Part shown: piece by piece, positions 26,856 to 37,479 of the stretch
How the letters are laid out: the number at the start of each line of letters is the position of its first letter
Position numbering within the stretch: the first letter of the stretch is position 1
From: Bacteroidota bacterium
GTDB taxonomy: Bacteria; Bacteroidota; Bacteroidia; NS11-12g; UBA9320
NCBI GenBank assembly: GCA_016124755.1
Contig: WGNA01000013.1
Location: 15,806-79,805, forward strand
DNA: 64,000 nucleotides
Direction: 5' to 3'
Notes under the pieces: model-generated
The model's database searches: none
The model's input: the letters and a program-made list of their open reading frames with translations, nothing else
Told to the model about the DNA's origin: nothing
Position numbers and translations under genes: made by a program

Positions 26856-28475
26856 ATGAAACCAAAAACAAAAAAAACGCTGAAGTGGATCGGTATAGGA
26901 TTCGGTTCACTTTTATTAATTGTAATTGCTCTCGGAATTTATGTTTATTCTCTGATTCCCAAATTCGAGGGGAAGTGCCCGCCTCTTCAATCTTATTTAT
27001 TTGAAAAGCCTAAATCTACAATCCCCGTTGAATGTAAGTTTATTTATAAGTCCGCATCGGAACTCGCTGAACTAATTAGAACCCGACAGGCAACCTCTTA
27101 TGAAATTGTGAAAGAGCATATCGATTACATAAAAAATAACAATTACAAGTACAACGCAATTGTTTGGCTTCGGGAGAATGACGCTCTGGAAGAGGCCAAA
27201 AAAGCGGATGCTGTTGTTGCACATGGAGACAGTTTGCCAATACTGCACGGGGTTCCGGTAACCGTTAAAGAAATGTTTTGGGTAAAAGGATTAACCAATA
27301 ATCTGAATGCAAAAATGACCGGAGGATTTATCGCTCCCGAGGACGGGGAATTGGTGAAGCAACTCAAAAAGTGCGGTGCCATTATTCTTGGAACTTCCAA
27401 TGTTCCTTTTATGTTGGGAGATTTTCAAACCTACGGAGAAATTTACCCTACATGCAACAATCCGTACAACATTTCCAAAACACCTGGAGGTAGTTCCGGA
27501 GGAAGCGCCGCTGCCTTAGCTGCAGGATTTACACCACTGGAATTGGGAAGCGATTTAGGCGGAAGTATTTCTGTGCCATCCGCATTTTGTGGCATTTACG
27601 GTTTAAAACCTACGTATGGAACCTTGAATATTACTCAGGGCTCCGGACCGGATACCATCACTAAATACTCCAGATTTGCCATGGCGGTTCCGGGACCGAT
27701 GGCACGTTCCGCGAAAGATTTGGAATTGATGTGGTTGGCTCTAAAAGAAACATCAATAGACCTACGATTTCAAAAAAGTGTAGTCTGGAAACCGTCTTCC
27801 GACAAATTACTAAGCCAATATAAGATCAGTTATACCGACGACTGGCAAAAGGCTTCTGTTGGAACAGATGTTAAAGAAAAAATGCAATGGCTTATTAATG
27901 TGCTAAAAGAACAAGGCGCCACCTCTAAAAGAGAAGTTCCTCAATTAAACGACGCAATGCAACATTCGTTTTTGAAATCCTATGCACTCATGTTCGCCGA
28001 AAATCAACCCTGGATTATGCGAAAATTAATAAGTATGGATTTCAGCAAATTTGATGATGGCTTGGTAAACATGTCTGCCTTTTACGATGCGATGAACCAT
28101 CCGGGTGATGATAATTGGAAGCTATGGCAAAATGAAAATAATAAACTCATTGAATCGTGGGAAGACTATTTCAAGACTGTCGATTTTTTAATTTGTCCGG
28201 TAACGTACGGAGCGGCATTCGACAAATGTGAATTAGGCACACCGATCAAAACCAAAGACGGAACAATCCCTTACACCTTCTATTCATTCCCATATTCCAT
28301 TGTATTTGCGGCAACCGGACATCCGGCGGTAACCATTCCGCTGGGTCTCAACAGTGAAGGAATGCCAATTGGGGTTCAAATTGTCGGCAAATATTATTCA
28401 GAACCTGAACTATTGCATTTCACGAAACTGCTCGAACAATTGTTACCGGGATTTCAAAAACCAAAAAGCAGTTAG
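26856..28475 (+). CDS. amidase-signature enzyme with N-terminal membrane anchor
   Basis: Amidase signature GGSSGGSAAALAAGFTPLELGSDLGGSISVPSAFCGIYGLKPTYG. N-terminal TM segment IGIGFGSLLLIVIALGIYVY. Confidence 0.9.
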   Translation: MKPKTKKTLKWIGIGFGSLLLIVIALGIYVYSLIPKFEGKCPPLQSYLFEKPKSTIPVECKFIYKSASELAELIRTRQATSYEIVKEHIDYIKNNNYKYNAIVWLRENDALEEAKKADAVVAHGDSLPILHGVPVTVKEMFWVKGLTNNLNAKMTGGFIAPEDGELVKQLKKCGAIILGTSNVPFMLGDFQTYGEIYPTCNNPYNISKTPGGSSGGSAAALAAGFTPLELGSDLGGSISVPSAFCGIYGLKPTYGTLNITQGSGPDTITKYSRFAMAVPGPMARSAKDLELMWLALKETSIDLRFQKSVVWKPSSDKLLSQYKISYTDDWQKASVGTDVKEKMQWLINVLKEQGATSKREVPQLNDAMQHSFLKSYALMFAENQPWIMRKLISMDFSKFDDGLVNMSAFYDAMNHPGDDNWKLWQNENNKLIESWEDYFKTVDFLICPVTYGAAFDKCELGTPIKTKDGTIPYTFYSFPYSIVFAATGHPAVTIPLGLNSEGMPIGVQIVGKYYSEPELLHFTKLLEQLLPGFQKPKSS

Positions 28476-28511
28476 TTACGTATGATTGCTCCTTGTACCG
28501 AAACCAATAAA

Positions 28512-28846
28512 AAAGTACGATTTCAGATCGACGTTTTTTGATCGGGTTTGCGAAAATCTGCGAATAACTTTGCGCGATTTTGCGGTAAATACCCGCCTTC
28601 GCCATATCAGGATCAAGATAAAAAAGCAATTTTCATTATGGCTTCGGCGGGTAATAAAGTACGATGTAAGATCGACGATTTTTGATCGGGTTCGCGAAAA
28701 TCTGCGAATAACTTTGCGCGACTTTGCGGTAAATACCCGCCTTCGCCATATCAAGATCAAAATAAAAAAGCAATTTTCATTATGGCTTCGGCGGGTAATA
28801 AAGTACGATTTCAGATCGACGATTTTTGATCGGGTTTACGAAGAAG
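28512..28846. repeat. 144-bp tandem repeat, 2.3 units
   Basis: The unit marker gtacgat(t/g)t(c/a)agatcgacg occurs at 28515, 28659 and 28803, giving a period of 144. Units are more than 90% identical. A partial copy of about 30 bp lies at 28972-29004. Confidence 0.9.
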
Positions 28847-29063
28847 AGTAATGTGAATTTCTGCGGTAATTTTTGTGGTTAAAAATATCACTTCCCGATT
28901 TGACTTAACAATTCTTTAAGTCGGTAGCGGGGACGCTACCGACAGTTCTGTTGTTCTCGAAGGGGAGAAAAATACAATGTAAGATCGACGATTTTTGATC
29001 GTAATTGTTCCTCAATTTTCGGCAAATCACTGGAAACCGTATTTTTGGAGAAACTCAATATCA

Positions 29064-29510
29064 ATGCGTCAATACCTCACTTTAATCCTGTTGCTAACCG
29101 GATTTGCTCTGCATACTTCTGCTCAAAAGGTACAAATGGATACTCTTGGAATCACAAATGGTTCCGTGCACATGAAAGGCAGTTTCCCGTACACCAAATT
29201 CCTGAAAAAGAGTAAAAGCCAAACCAAACTCGCTGTGCATGTTTGGTATAACCCGTCGGGAAGCTCCATTAACAAAAGTGAAATAAAAGCCGGGAAAGAT
29301 GAGGTGTATTTCTTATACGGACGAAATCTGAAAACCGGTCAGTCTGAAATGGATTTTAAATTCGGAGCCAATGCTTTAAAAGAATTCTCCGGAAAAAAGG
29401 AAAAAGATCTTCAGGAATTCATTGACTTCTTCCTGTTTGACATTTTCCCGAATCAACATTTTAATGCCGATAAAGCGATGGAGGCTTTGCTCGAAGCACT
29501 CGAAAAATAA
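29064..29510 (+). CDS. hypothetical secreted protein
   Basis: The signal peptide MRQYLTLILLLTGFALHTSAQ starts at the ATG at 29064. The upstream part of the track ORF (from 28995) runs into the repeat remnant. Confidence 0.5.
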   Translation: MRQYLTLILLLTGFALHTSAQKVQMDTLGITNGSVHMKGSFPYTKFLKKSKSQTKLAVHVWYNPSGSSINKSEIKAGKDEVYFLYGRNLKTGQSEMDFKFGANALKEFSGKKEKDLQEFIDFFLFDIFPNQHFNADKAMEALLEALEK

Positions 29511-29923
29511 TGGCTTCTATAAAAAGTATTAGATTTAATTTCCAATTTTTAATCCCCTATTGGAAGTACTGGTTGGTGTATTCCTCGTTTGTTAATGCTC
29601 TTAAAGTTAAGCATTCGGAAACAGAATTAAAATCGAAAATGGAGAAAGCCGGAAATTCAATGCATTTGGTTCCCGATTCATTTCAGTCTGTAAGTATCAG
29701 ACATGAAAACTATGTAAAGGAAAGTCAATATTCAGACACCTTTCAACATTTAGCCGGAATTGGAACAACCTTTTTTGGAAGCACAACTACGATTCACGGT
29801 CCGGGAATGGATAACCGAGGTTTTCTCATTCTTGCAATCATTCAGGATTATTTCAAAAAATCGACTTTATACCGTGATCTTAGCAGTGACACATCTCCAT
29901 TAGATTGGATAATCACACATTAA
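29510..29923 (+). CDS. hypothetical protein
   Basis: ORF track. Its start abuts the previous stop (TAATG). No family recognised. Confidence 0.4.
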   Translation: MASIKSIRFNFQFLIPYWKYWLVYSSFVNALKVKHSETELKSKMEKAGNSMHLVPDSFQSVSIRHENYVKESQYSDTFQHLAGIGTTFFGSTTTIHGPGMDNRGFLILAIIQDYFKKSTLYRDLSSDTSPLDWIITH

Positions 29924-29929
29924 ATCAAC

Positions 29930-30895
29930 ATGATGCATTCTAGATTTTGTTTACTGATTACCCTCTTACTGTTGAAAAACAACGGAATTTCTCAATCCTG
30001 TTTTCTGTCGCCGAATGTTGTTTGCAATTTCGACACTGCTGTTTTTCAAGCCGAAACTGTTGACTCATATAACATCGGTTTCAATCAATCAATAAAGTTT
30101 CATTCAAAAGATAATCCCACAATACCAGTAACCATAGACATCGCTACCCTGCCCAACTTGATGCATATTCAACCAGATGCATCAACCTTAGATTTTATGT
30201 TGCAAATTGAGTATGAACACTTACAAGATTCAAATAAAGATATCAATATCCAAAAGGTTCACTTAGGTAAGTACAAAGGATTGTTTTATTCAATACAAAA
30301 ATTCGATTCTGTCATAAATCAGAACACGCTAAACAATATGCTTATGCTAGATTCATATCAACCAGATTGTATCATAAACATAGTGGTTTCAAGTCGCAAT
30401 ATGAGTTCTTTCATAATAGAAAAAGATCAAATTATTAAACAAGCTCAAACCTTCATCGAAGGAATTAAAACATTCCCCGTTTCACATATAGAATACACCA
30501 GAAAATCACTTTCAAATTCTGCTACGATCATGGTTGACTCTATACCCCAAACAACTCGCTCCAACACAAAAAGAAACAAGATTCAAACTCCGAACTTTTC
30601 ATTAAAAATAAATCCAGATTCGATTAATGATTTCTTGTACACCCGTCAATGGAAAATCACAGTAATGGGATGCAATAGCCCATTTACCAGAGTCGTCAAG
30701 ATACCTGTGGAAGATTTTGGCACCGACAGTTCATACAATTATTATAATTTTTTCTTCCTTCCGGGTGAAGAAATGATCTTTTCTATCAACGACAGAACTC
30801 CCGGACTTATAACAAAAAACGGCACATTAATTATAAAATCGGATGAAGGAATTCCAGTTGAAATCCCTTTCACTTATCAGTACTTTAATCCGTGA
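29930..30895 (+). CDS. hypothetical secreted protein
   Basis: ORF track. Signal peptide FCLLITLLLLKNNGISQ. No family recognised. Confidence 0.5.
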   Translation: MMHSRFCLLITLLLLKNNGISQSCFLSPNVVCNFDTAVFQAETVDSYNIGFNQSIKFHSKDNPTIPVTIDIATLPNLMHIQPDASTLDFMLQIEYEHLQDSNKDINIQKVHLGKYKGLFYSIQKFDSVINQNTLNNMLMLDSYQPDCIINIVVSSRNMSSFIIEKDQIIKQAQTFIEGIKTFPVSHIEYTRKSLSNSATIMVDSIPQTTRSNTKRNKIQTPNFSLKINPDSINDFLYTRQWKITVMGCNSPFTRVVKIPVEDFGTDSSYNYYNFFFLPGEEMIFSINDRTPGLITKNGTLIIKSDEGIPVEIPFTYQYFNP

Positions 30896-30898
30896 AAT

Positions 30899-31978
30899 TT
30901 AATTTGAAGTTTTTACCAATTTATCCGTTCTCACAAAATAGTAGGTAATCGTAAAATCACCACTTCTCGAACCATTGGAATATTGATATCGAATCGGGAT
31001 AATCAAATACATCCCGTTCTTAGTTAGATGCACGGAAGGTGGAAACTTCGGAGAGTACGAATGACCCGGACAATCCGCACAGAGAACAATATCAGTCCAG
31101 CACAAATCCGATTGATACATGCCGTCGTTTTTGTTCAGATAAATATCGTTGTATTTACCCTTGGAATTGGTGGTTGGTGCTTTTTCGTTTTGGGTATTTT
31201 CATCAGTAAAGAAACCCACCACGTTTGATTTCTGCGATTCCCAACCGAATCTTTTCACCGCATAAAGTGTATACAAAACACGATCTGCCCGACTGTCGAT
31301 AGTGGTAATTCTCTGTGGTGTTGAATCAATTGAGTTCAAAAAATCAGCAACCGATTGAAAGGCATCAGAGCTCATAACATTATTATGTGCAAGCGTATCA
31401 AAAACTCCTGAAATGTAAGAACAATTGAGAAGTGGTGGAAGATGATAATACCGCCCTTTGATCGTCCAGATTATGGTTTCACCAGAGCTGAGAACAAAGG
31501 TCAGTTTTTTAACAAACTCTCCTTTTTGCCCTTCGTGATAAAGCATTAATGATATGAGATAGCTGTATCCTTGTTCCAATGAATTCGGGAATTCCTTTAC
31601 TGCATGCGGAGCATCGATTTCAATTTTTCGAAATGAAACGCCCACAGTTTTGCCAATGTATTTAAATGGAATTCCGTATTCCGCACTATCTGACGGTGCG
31701 ACCAAACCCAAATCAATGGTAAACCGGTTTGCCGCAATCGGATAAATCGTATCGGTATAATACTGATCTTTCGCCACAGAAAACTGCGATATCGAAATTA
31801 ACAGCAGCACCGGAATTAATATTTGTGTAACAGACTTCAACCGAAAGTTTTTTCGAAATTTAGTAATCGGATCCGAATCGTAAACATTTGGCGAAAAAGG
31901 AATTGACCGGCGTACGGAAATTGTCCATAAGAGTGATTTACAAGGATTAAAATTCGTGCGATCTAGAACCGAAGTCAA
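30899..31978 (-). CDS. hypothetical secreted protein
   Basis: ORF track. An internal signal-like segment ILIPVLLLISISQFSVA suggests the real start is downstream of 31978, possibly at a non-ATG codon. Confidence 0.45.
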   Translation of the reverse strand: MTSVLDRTNFNPCKSLLWTISVRRSIPFSPNVYDSDPITKFRKNFRLKSVTQILIPVLLLISISQFSVAKDQYYTDTIYPIAANRFTIDLGLVAPSDSAEYGIPFKYIGKTVGVSFRKIEIDAPHAVKEFPNSLEQGYSYLISLMLYHEGQKGEFVKKLTFVLSSGETIIWTIKGRYYHLPPLLNCSYISGVFDTLAHNNVMSSDAFQSVADFLNSIDSTPQRITTIDSRADRVLYTLYAVKRFGWESQKSNVVGFFTDENTQNEKAPTTNSKGKYNDIYLNKNDGMYQSDLCWTDIVLCADCPGHSYSPKFPPSVHLTKNGMYLIIPIRYQYSNGSRSGDFTITYYFVRTDKLVKTSN

Positions 31979-32063
31979 CGAACAAACATTCGTGCAACGA
32001 AAATTTAAATTACAACAGATTAATCTGATCCATTTAAACTAAGTTGCACCAAAAGAAAGAACG

Positions 32064-32492
32064 ATGCAAACCGACGAAAGCAAATCAGCAGGAAACGATT
32101 CCAATAGCGACAAAGCTCCAAAAGTAACCGGTATCGGCGGGATATTTTTTTTCATGGACAATCCGAAAGAAACTAAGGATTGGTACGCCCGCAATCTGGG
32201 AATTGAAATCAACGATTGGGGAACTGCCGGTTTCGAATCCCGTGATCTCGATAATCCGGAAGTGGTTCACAATCTTCAATGGGCACCATTCAAACGCGGA
32301 AGTGATTATTTCTCACCATCCGAAAAAGATTTTATGATCAATTACCGGGTTCAGAATATCGAAGCACTGGTAGATCAACTCCGAAATAATGGCGTCACCA
32401 TTCTCGACGAAATCACAACGTACGATTACGGTAAGTTCATTCACATTATGGATTCGGAAGGGAATAAAATTGAACTTTGGGAACCGAGTTGA
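32064..32492 (+). CDS. VOC/glyoxalase family protein
   Basis: VTGIGGIFFF..DWYARNLGI ... YGKFIHIMDSEGNKIELWEP. Clear paralog of 49108-49650. Confidence 0.75.
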   Translation: MQTDESKSAGNDSNSDKAPKVTGIGGIFFFMDNPKETKDWYARNLGIEINDWGTAGFESRDLDNPEVVHNLQWAPFKRGSDYFSPSEKDFMINYRVQNIEALVDQLRNNGVTILDEITTYDYGKFIHIMDSEGNKIELWEPS

Positions 32493-32717
32493 GATTGGAA
32501 TTTTGAATTTACGATTATCTCATTTCATTAACATGTGTTGTTACATGCAGATGAATTCTATTTATTAATGCTCTCATCAATCATTACCGGATTAGCAAGC
32601 ACCATTTTAGCCGGAATTATCTTCTGGTTGTTTCGAAAATATTATCCAATTTCAGGTAACAACTATCAATTAAAAGCACCGATCTAAACATTATCGAAGG
32701 AATTCAAAATTGTTGAT

Positions 32718-33353
32718 ATGCTATCGTCTCTATGGGCACTGGTTGTGACGCTGGGGTTAACAATTCCGTATTACTATATCTTCAACACACTATTCGATCT
32801 GGGTTTTCAATCGATGCAATCTGATGGATATTTAATAACCACGGACTTTTATTCGTGGGCAGTTGTTTCACTATTCTTTTCCATGGCATCAGCAATCGCA
32901 GCTATACCTGTTTTCCAAAAGAGATTTTTGAAACTGCGTTTTGACGAATATATCGCATACACCAATGCACGATATCGCTTTAATAGCGGCAGAGTTGGTA
33001 AGATGCTAATGAGTTTTTTATTTGTTGTTGGCCTGCTTATTTTGATTTTAAACTCTAATCATTACGCACATTTTGGAACCAGCAAAATAGAAATATCGGA
33101 CTTTTTTCAACTAAATACTTCGCATTACACGTATGATGATATTATTGATATTAAATCGGTAAAAAATAAAATATCTCCCAATGGCAAAAGGGTTCTCCAG
33201 CCACATTTTATAATCGAATTCTCGGATTCTTACAAATGGAGCACAATGCAGAATAGCACAAAGGATTATGCAAAAGATTCTGTCATGGTTGAATTTGTAT
33301 TGCAGAAGACCGGTCTCAGGCTTCAGCATCTGGAATATGATTTAACGCAGTAA
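32718..33353 (+). CDS. hypothetical membrane protein
   Basis: ORF track. Three hydrophobic helices in the N-terminal half. Confidence 0.5.
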   Translation: MLSSLWALVVTLGLTIPYYYIFNTLFDLGFQSMQSDGYLITTDFYSWAVVSLFFSMASAIAAIPVFQKRFLKLRFDEYIAYTNARYRFNSGRVGKMLMSFLFVVGLLILILNSNHYAHFGTSKIEISDFFQLNTSHYTYDDIIDIKSVKNKISPNGKRVLQPHFIIEFSDSYKWSTMQNSTKDYAKDSVMVEFVLQKTGLRLQHLEYDLTQ

Positions 33354-33358
33354 ACTCA

Positions 33359-33387
33359 ATGAGAGAATACCTGTTCTCACTTTTTTT
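33359..33387 (+). terminator. putative intrinsic terminator
   Basis: An imperfect 7-bp stem (gagagaa / ttctcac, one mismatch) with a 6-nt loop, followed by T7, 6 nt after the stop at 33353. Confidence 0.45.
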
Positions 33388-33475
33388 CTGAAAACTGTTT
33401 TAGTTTTGATAAACCCGATCCTGTATCAGGATTATCGTTCGTGCATCAACCCAAAAACATAAAACAGAATTTAAC

Positions 33476-34654
33476 ATGCCTAAATCAATCGTTACAACCG
33501 CCCTATTGATCTGGATGGGATTAACAGCAGCAGCCCAGACTTCTACCTACGACTCTTGTCTGGCCAACGGAGAACAATTATATTTAGTAGTAAAAACCAA
33601 CAATGTCGAATATTATGGTTTTATCAAGAAAGACGATGGAAGAGAGATTTTATTAATCACTAAAAACATCGGAAAAATCTTTATTAAAAAAGAAGAGATA
33701 AAAAGCATGACCGCTGTATCACCGGAGGAATTGGTAAAAACAGAAGATCAATACGGCGATCTGAGAACCGAAGGTCCGTTTACAACGCGCTATTTTTTCA
33801 CTACCAACGCGCTGGCTATTAAGAAAAAGGAAAACTACGCCATGTTGCATTTGTATGGCCCGGAGGTTCACTTCGCGGTGACCGACAATTTCTCCTTAGG
33901 CGTAATGACATTGTGGGGCGGGAGTCCGATAGTATTAGCCGGCAAATACTCTTTTGAGTCCAAAACTAAAAACCATTTTGCGCTTGGAAGTATGGTTGGA
34001 AATTCGGGATACATTAAAAATGGAAAATATTTCGGCGGTTTACACTGGGCTACTTTTTCTAGAGGAAACCGGATTTCGAATGTGAGCTTTTCTGTTGGAT
34101 TAGCGCACATAAACAACAACGATTATAAAAATGTTGGTTCTGCATATAACTGGACCTGGAAGTATAATCCGACCTATTATACAGAAGAAACTTCGATGCA
34201 AAATGCCTTAGCTTCACATTACCCGAACAAAGACATTTTCGGAAATCTGAAAGCTAAAAAGGCATCGCTGGCTTTGGTAACCGGACTTGCCGGAATTCAT
34301 CCGGTTGGAAAAAAAGCGAGCATCATATTCGACATGATGGTACTTTTTCATCAGGTAAACGGCATTGAAAGTTTGTCAACCACCGATGTTGATGTAACGT
34401 ACACATATTACGATTATAATCAGGGAAACGTTACTAAAACTAATACTGCCACCGTTTCTGAGAATCATATTGTAACAAAAACTTCCGCTACTTTTCTTAT
34501 AATGCCGGGAATGCGGTTTAATAATAAATACGGTAGTGCTTTTCAGGTAGAATTAGGCATGCTTTCCACGCCATTATCCGGATTCACTGAAAAAAACGGA
34601 ATGGAACGATTGATTATTCCATTGCCATTGGTCACCTGGTTGCGTACATTTTAA
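33476..34654 (+). CDS. hypothetical secreted/outer-membrane protein
   Basis: ORF track. Signal peptide ALLIWMGLTAAAQ. Composition rich in Gly, Asn, Thr and Tyr. Confidence 0.5.
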   Translation: MPKSIVTTALLIWMGLTAAAQTSTYDSCLANGEQLYLVVKTNNVEYYGFIKKDDGREILLITKNIGKIFIKKEEIKSMTAVSPEELVKTEDQYGDLRTEGPFTTRYFFTTNALAIKKKENYAMLHLYGPEVHFAVTDNFSLGVMTLWGGSPIVLAGKYSFESKTKNHFALGSMVGNSGYIKNGKYFGGLHWATFSRGNRISNVSFSVGLAHINNNDYKNVGSAYNWTWKYNPTYYTEETSMQNALASHYPNKDIFGNLKAKKASLALVTGLAGIHPVGKKASIIFDMMVLFHQVNGIESLSTTDVDVTYTYYDYNQGNVTKTNTATVSENHIVTKTSATFLIMPGMRFNNKYGSAFQVELGMLSTPLSGFTEKNGMERLIIPLPLVTWLRTF

Positions 34655-34759
34655 AATGCAACAGATAAGGATTTTCGAAAATCATTCTTCTTTTTAAAAC
34701 CTTTCGATTCGGTTCGGGTTACATTCATTAATGTATTTCTGAATTATTATAAAAACTAA

Positions 34760-35716
34760 ATGAAAAAATCAACCAAATTAGGAAACAGTAATTTAAACAT
34801 CAACCGTATCGGATTAGGCTGCATGGGTATGTCGGAATTTTACGGAACGTTTGATAAAAACGAATCGATCCATACACTACATCAGGCCATTGAACTCGGG
34901 GTTAATTTTTTCGATACTGCCGACATGTACGGATGGGGTGCTAATGAAAAACTTTTAGGCAAGGCATTTAAAAACAAGTGGAACGATGTGGTTCTGGCCA
35001 CCAAGTTTGCGGTTATGCGCGGACCTAATGGTGAATTTCTGGGAATAAACGGCAAACCGGAATACATCCGAAAAGCGTGCGACCAGAGTTTGAAAAATCT
35101 GGGAACCGACAGCATCGATTTGTATTACATGCACCGTCAGGATCCGGAAGTGGAAATTGAGGAAATTGTTGGGGCGATGAGCGAATTGGTGAAAGAAGGA
35201 AAAATTAAAAACATCGGTTTGTCGGAAGTTAATGCTGAAACCTTGCGCCGGGCTCACGCTGTTCATCCGATTTCTGCATTACAAACCGAATATTCATTGT
35301 GGAGTCGTGAACCGGAAAATGAAATACTCGATGTGTGCCGGGAACTCAACATCACATTTGTGGCATACAGTCCGTTGGGACGTGGTTTTTTAACCGGAGC
35401 GATCACCAATCGGGAGACGTTGGAAAAAGGAGATTTTCGTTTAAACAATCCGCGGTTTACCGAAGAAGCTATGAAAGAAAATATGCGTTTTGTAGAGGTG
35501 ATCGACGGCATTGCACAACAAAAAGGAGTTACCAAAGCACAGGTTGCACTGGCATGGGTTCTCGGAAAAAACGATGAAATAGCGGCCATTCCCGGAACTC
35601 GGAAAGTTCACCGACTACAGGAAAATCTTGGCGCTTATGAAGTAGAATTATCAGAACACGATTACGCAATTATCAATAATAACATTCCGGGCACAACGGT
35701 AGGGAGCCGGTATTGA
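34760..35716 (+). CDS. aldo/keto reductase
   Basis: AKR motifs GLGCMGMSEFYG, FFDTADMYG, ATKF, LYYMHRQD, GLSE, AYSPLGRGFL. Confidence 0.9.
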   Translation: MKKSTKLGNSNLNINRIGLGCMGMSEFYGTFDKNESIHTLHQAIELGVNFFDTADMYGWGANEKLLGKAFKNKWNDVVLATKFAVMRGPNGEFLGINGKPEYIRKACDQSLKNLGTDSIDLYYMHRQDPEVEIEEIVGAMSELVKEGKIKNIGLSEVNAETLRRAHAVHPISALQTEYSLWSREPENEILDVCRELNITFVAYSPLGRGFLTGAITNRETLEKGDFRLNNPRFTEEAMKENMRFVEVIDGIAQQKGVTKAQVALAWVLGKNDEIAAIPGTRKVHRLQENLGAYEVELSEHDYAIINNNIPGTTVGSRY

Positions 35717-35925
35717 GTGAATAACACATTTTAAAAGGACGGCACATTGTAGATACTGGAATAGGAATACACCAATTTGATTTTGCTACTGATTTTGTGG
35801 TGCAATAAAAACTCACCCCCTACTCCCAAAATATTTAACCTCCCGATTACACCTTGCAACAATCGAATGCCTTAAATTCGATGTGCCTGAAACCTCAATG
35901 GTCAGGTATTTTTTATCAGAACCAG

Positions 35926-36399
35926 ATGACGCAGAAGAAAATCAGCATTCCGAAACCGTGCGAATACGGTTGGGATAACATGGCGCTCACAAGCGATCGA
36001 AAAGGCCGGCATTGTGCAGCGTGCGACAAAGTTGTTGTGGACTTCACCAAATTATCAGTTGAGGAAATTATATCCTTTCTTGAACAACATGAGGGATCGA
36101 GAGTTTGTGGTTACGTTAACACCATCCATACGAACAATCCCAACAAAATTCAACGCACCTCCCTCCTTTTTCATGATTTTATTGATCGAAAGTTCCGAGC
36201 CGGATTCATAAAAAATGTGGGTTTGGTGGTGGCCGGATTTTTCCTCTCATTAACAGGTTGTATAATGACAACTGCTGGTGAAATGTCGGAATGTGTGCCG
36301 GCCGTTACAGATTCAACCCAGTCGGATTCGTTCCTCTTTCATCCGGATGATAATTTAGATTTTAATTCGGAAATGAAGGAAGGGGAACTCAATCCATAA
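35926..36399 (+). CDS. hypothetical protein with N-terminal Cys motif and one TM segment
   Basis: IPKPCEYGWDNM...HCAACDKVVVDFT plus a TM segment VGLVVAGFFLSLTGC. ATG at 35926 is preferred over 35854. Confidence 0.45.
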   Translation: MTQKKISIPKPCEYGWDNMALTSDRKGRHCAACDKVVVDFTKLSVEEIISFLEQHEGSRVCGYVNTIHTNNPNKIQRTSLLFHDFIDRKFRAGFIKNVGLVVAGFFLSLTGCIMTTAGEMSECVPAVTDSTQSDSFLFHPDDNLDFNSEMKEGELNP

Positions 36400-36408
36400 A
36401 ATTTCCAA

Positions 36409-36906
36409 ATGTTTAGAACAGCCATCGCAATATTGTTTGTTTTAATAACATGTTGCTCCACAGCACAAAATCAAAAAAGATGGCTATTCGAACAGATCGG
36501 TTTTCAGTGTATGAGTCCATGTTATTTCTCGTTTGGATTAGGTTATCAATCGGGAGACCCGATAATTCCGGTTAGAAAACAAAACTCAAAATATAATTTT
36601 AATGGTTTTATTCTTTCCTATAACCGATCCATTCAAGAGAATAATTACGGTAAACGCGATTGGGGCACTTCCCTTCAATATGCTATTTATTCATTCGGGA
36701 AAAATCTGCCGTTTGTTACCGCAGTAGAAGCTAATTATAAATCCGTTAGTCATAAAAAACACTTCGGAATTAAACCGGGGGTCGGTTTCACCTACAAGTG
36801 CTTTAATCTTGTATATGGTTACAATTTCGACTTCAATAAAAATCCTGAACAGCGCATTTCGCAACATGAAATACTTTTAAGTTATTGGTTTAAGCTGGAG
36901 ATTTAG
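36409..36906 (+). CDS. small OMP-like hypothetical protein
   Basis: Signal peptide AILFVLITCCSTAQ. Alternating beta-type pattern. Confidence 0.45.
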   Translation: MFRTAIAILFVLITCCSTAQNQKRWLFEQIGFQCMSPCYFSFGLGYQSGDPIIPVRKQNSKYNFNGFILSYNRSIQENNYGKRDWGTSLQYAIYSFGKNLPFVTAVEANYKSVSHKKHFGIKPGVGFTYKCFNLVYGYNFDFNKNPEQRISQHEILLSYWFKLEI

Positions 36907-36943
36907 ACAGAGGAATCCAAGATGCAAAAACACTAATTTACCG

Positions 36944-37372
36944 ATGCCCGAAATAATTCTGTTCACCGAAATTAACGCACCGATAGAACGCGTTTTTGAT
37001 TTGGCCAGATGCATAGATTTGCATGTGAAATCCACAACCGGCACCCGGGAAGAGGCAATCGCGGGTCGCACTTCAGGACTAATGGAAATACATGAGACCG
37101 TTACCTGGAAAGCCCGTCATTTTGGAATTACTCAGAAGTTGACCGTTCGGATGACCAATTATCAAAAACCGGATTTCTTTATTGATGAAATGACGAAAGG
37201 TGCTTTTAAAAGCATGCAACACCTGCATTCTTTTTCTTCAATAAATACTTACACCATTATGAAGGATGAATTTATCTATGTCGCACCTTTAGGCATAATA
37301 GGAAAAATCGCAGATACCTTGTTTTTAAAAAAATATATGACGAATTTCCTCATCAACAAAAACAAAGAATAA
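36944..37372 (+). CDS. SRPBCC family protein
   Basis: The N-terminus EINAPIERVFDLARCIDLH and the size of about 140 aa are typical of the START/Bet v1-like superfamily. Confidence 0.65.
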   Translation: MPEIILFTEINAPIERVFDLARCIDLHVKSTTGTREEAIAGRTSGLMEIHETVTWKARHFGITQKLTVRMTNYQKPDFFIDEMTKGAFKSMQHLHSFSSINTYTIMKDEFIYVAPLGIIGKIADTLFLKKYMTNFLINKNKE

Positions 37373-37479
37373 AACGTGTAGCAGAATCAAGCGAATGGAA
37401 AAATTATCTTTTTATGAAGACAAAATCATACCCAAAAAATAGCAAATATTAACATCTGAGTTACGGATCATTCATAGAT

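Noticed and set aside
28476-28851. ORFs of 94 aa (minus strand) and 121 aa (plus strand) spanning the 144-bp tandem array
   Set aside because: Both frames stay open only because the unit length is a multiple of 3. The peptides are internally repeated, basic and low-complexity, and the two ORFs overlap each other on opposite strands. I treat them as non-coding repeat sequence.
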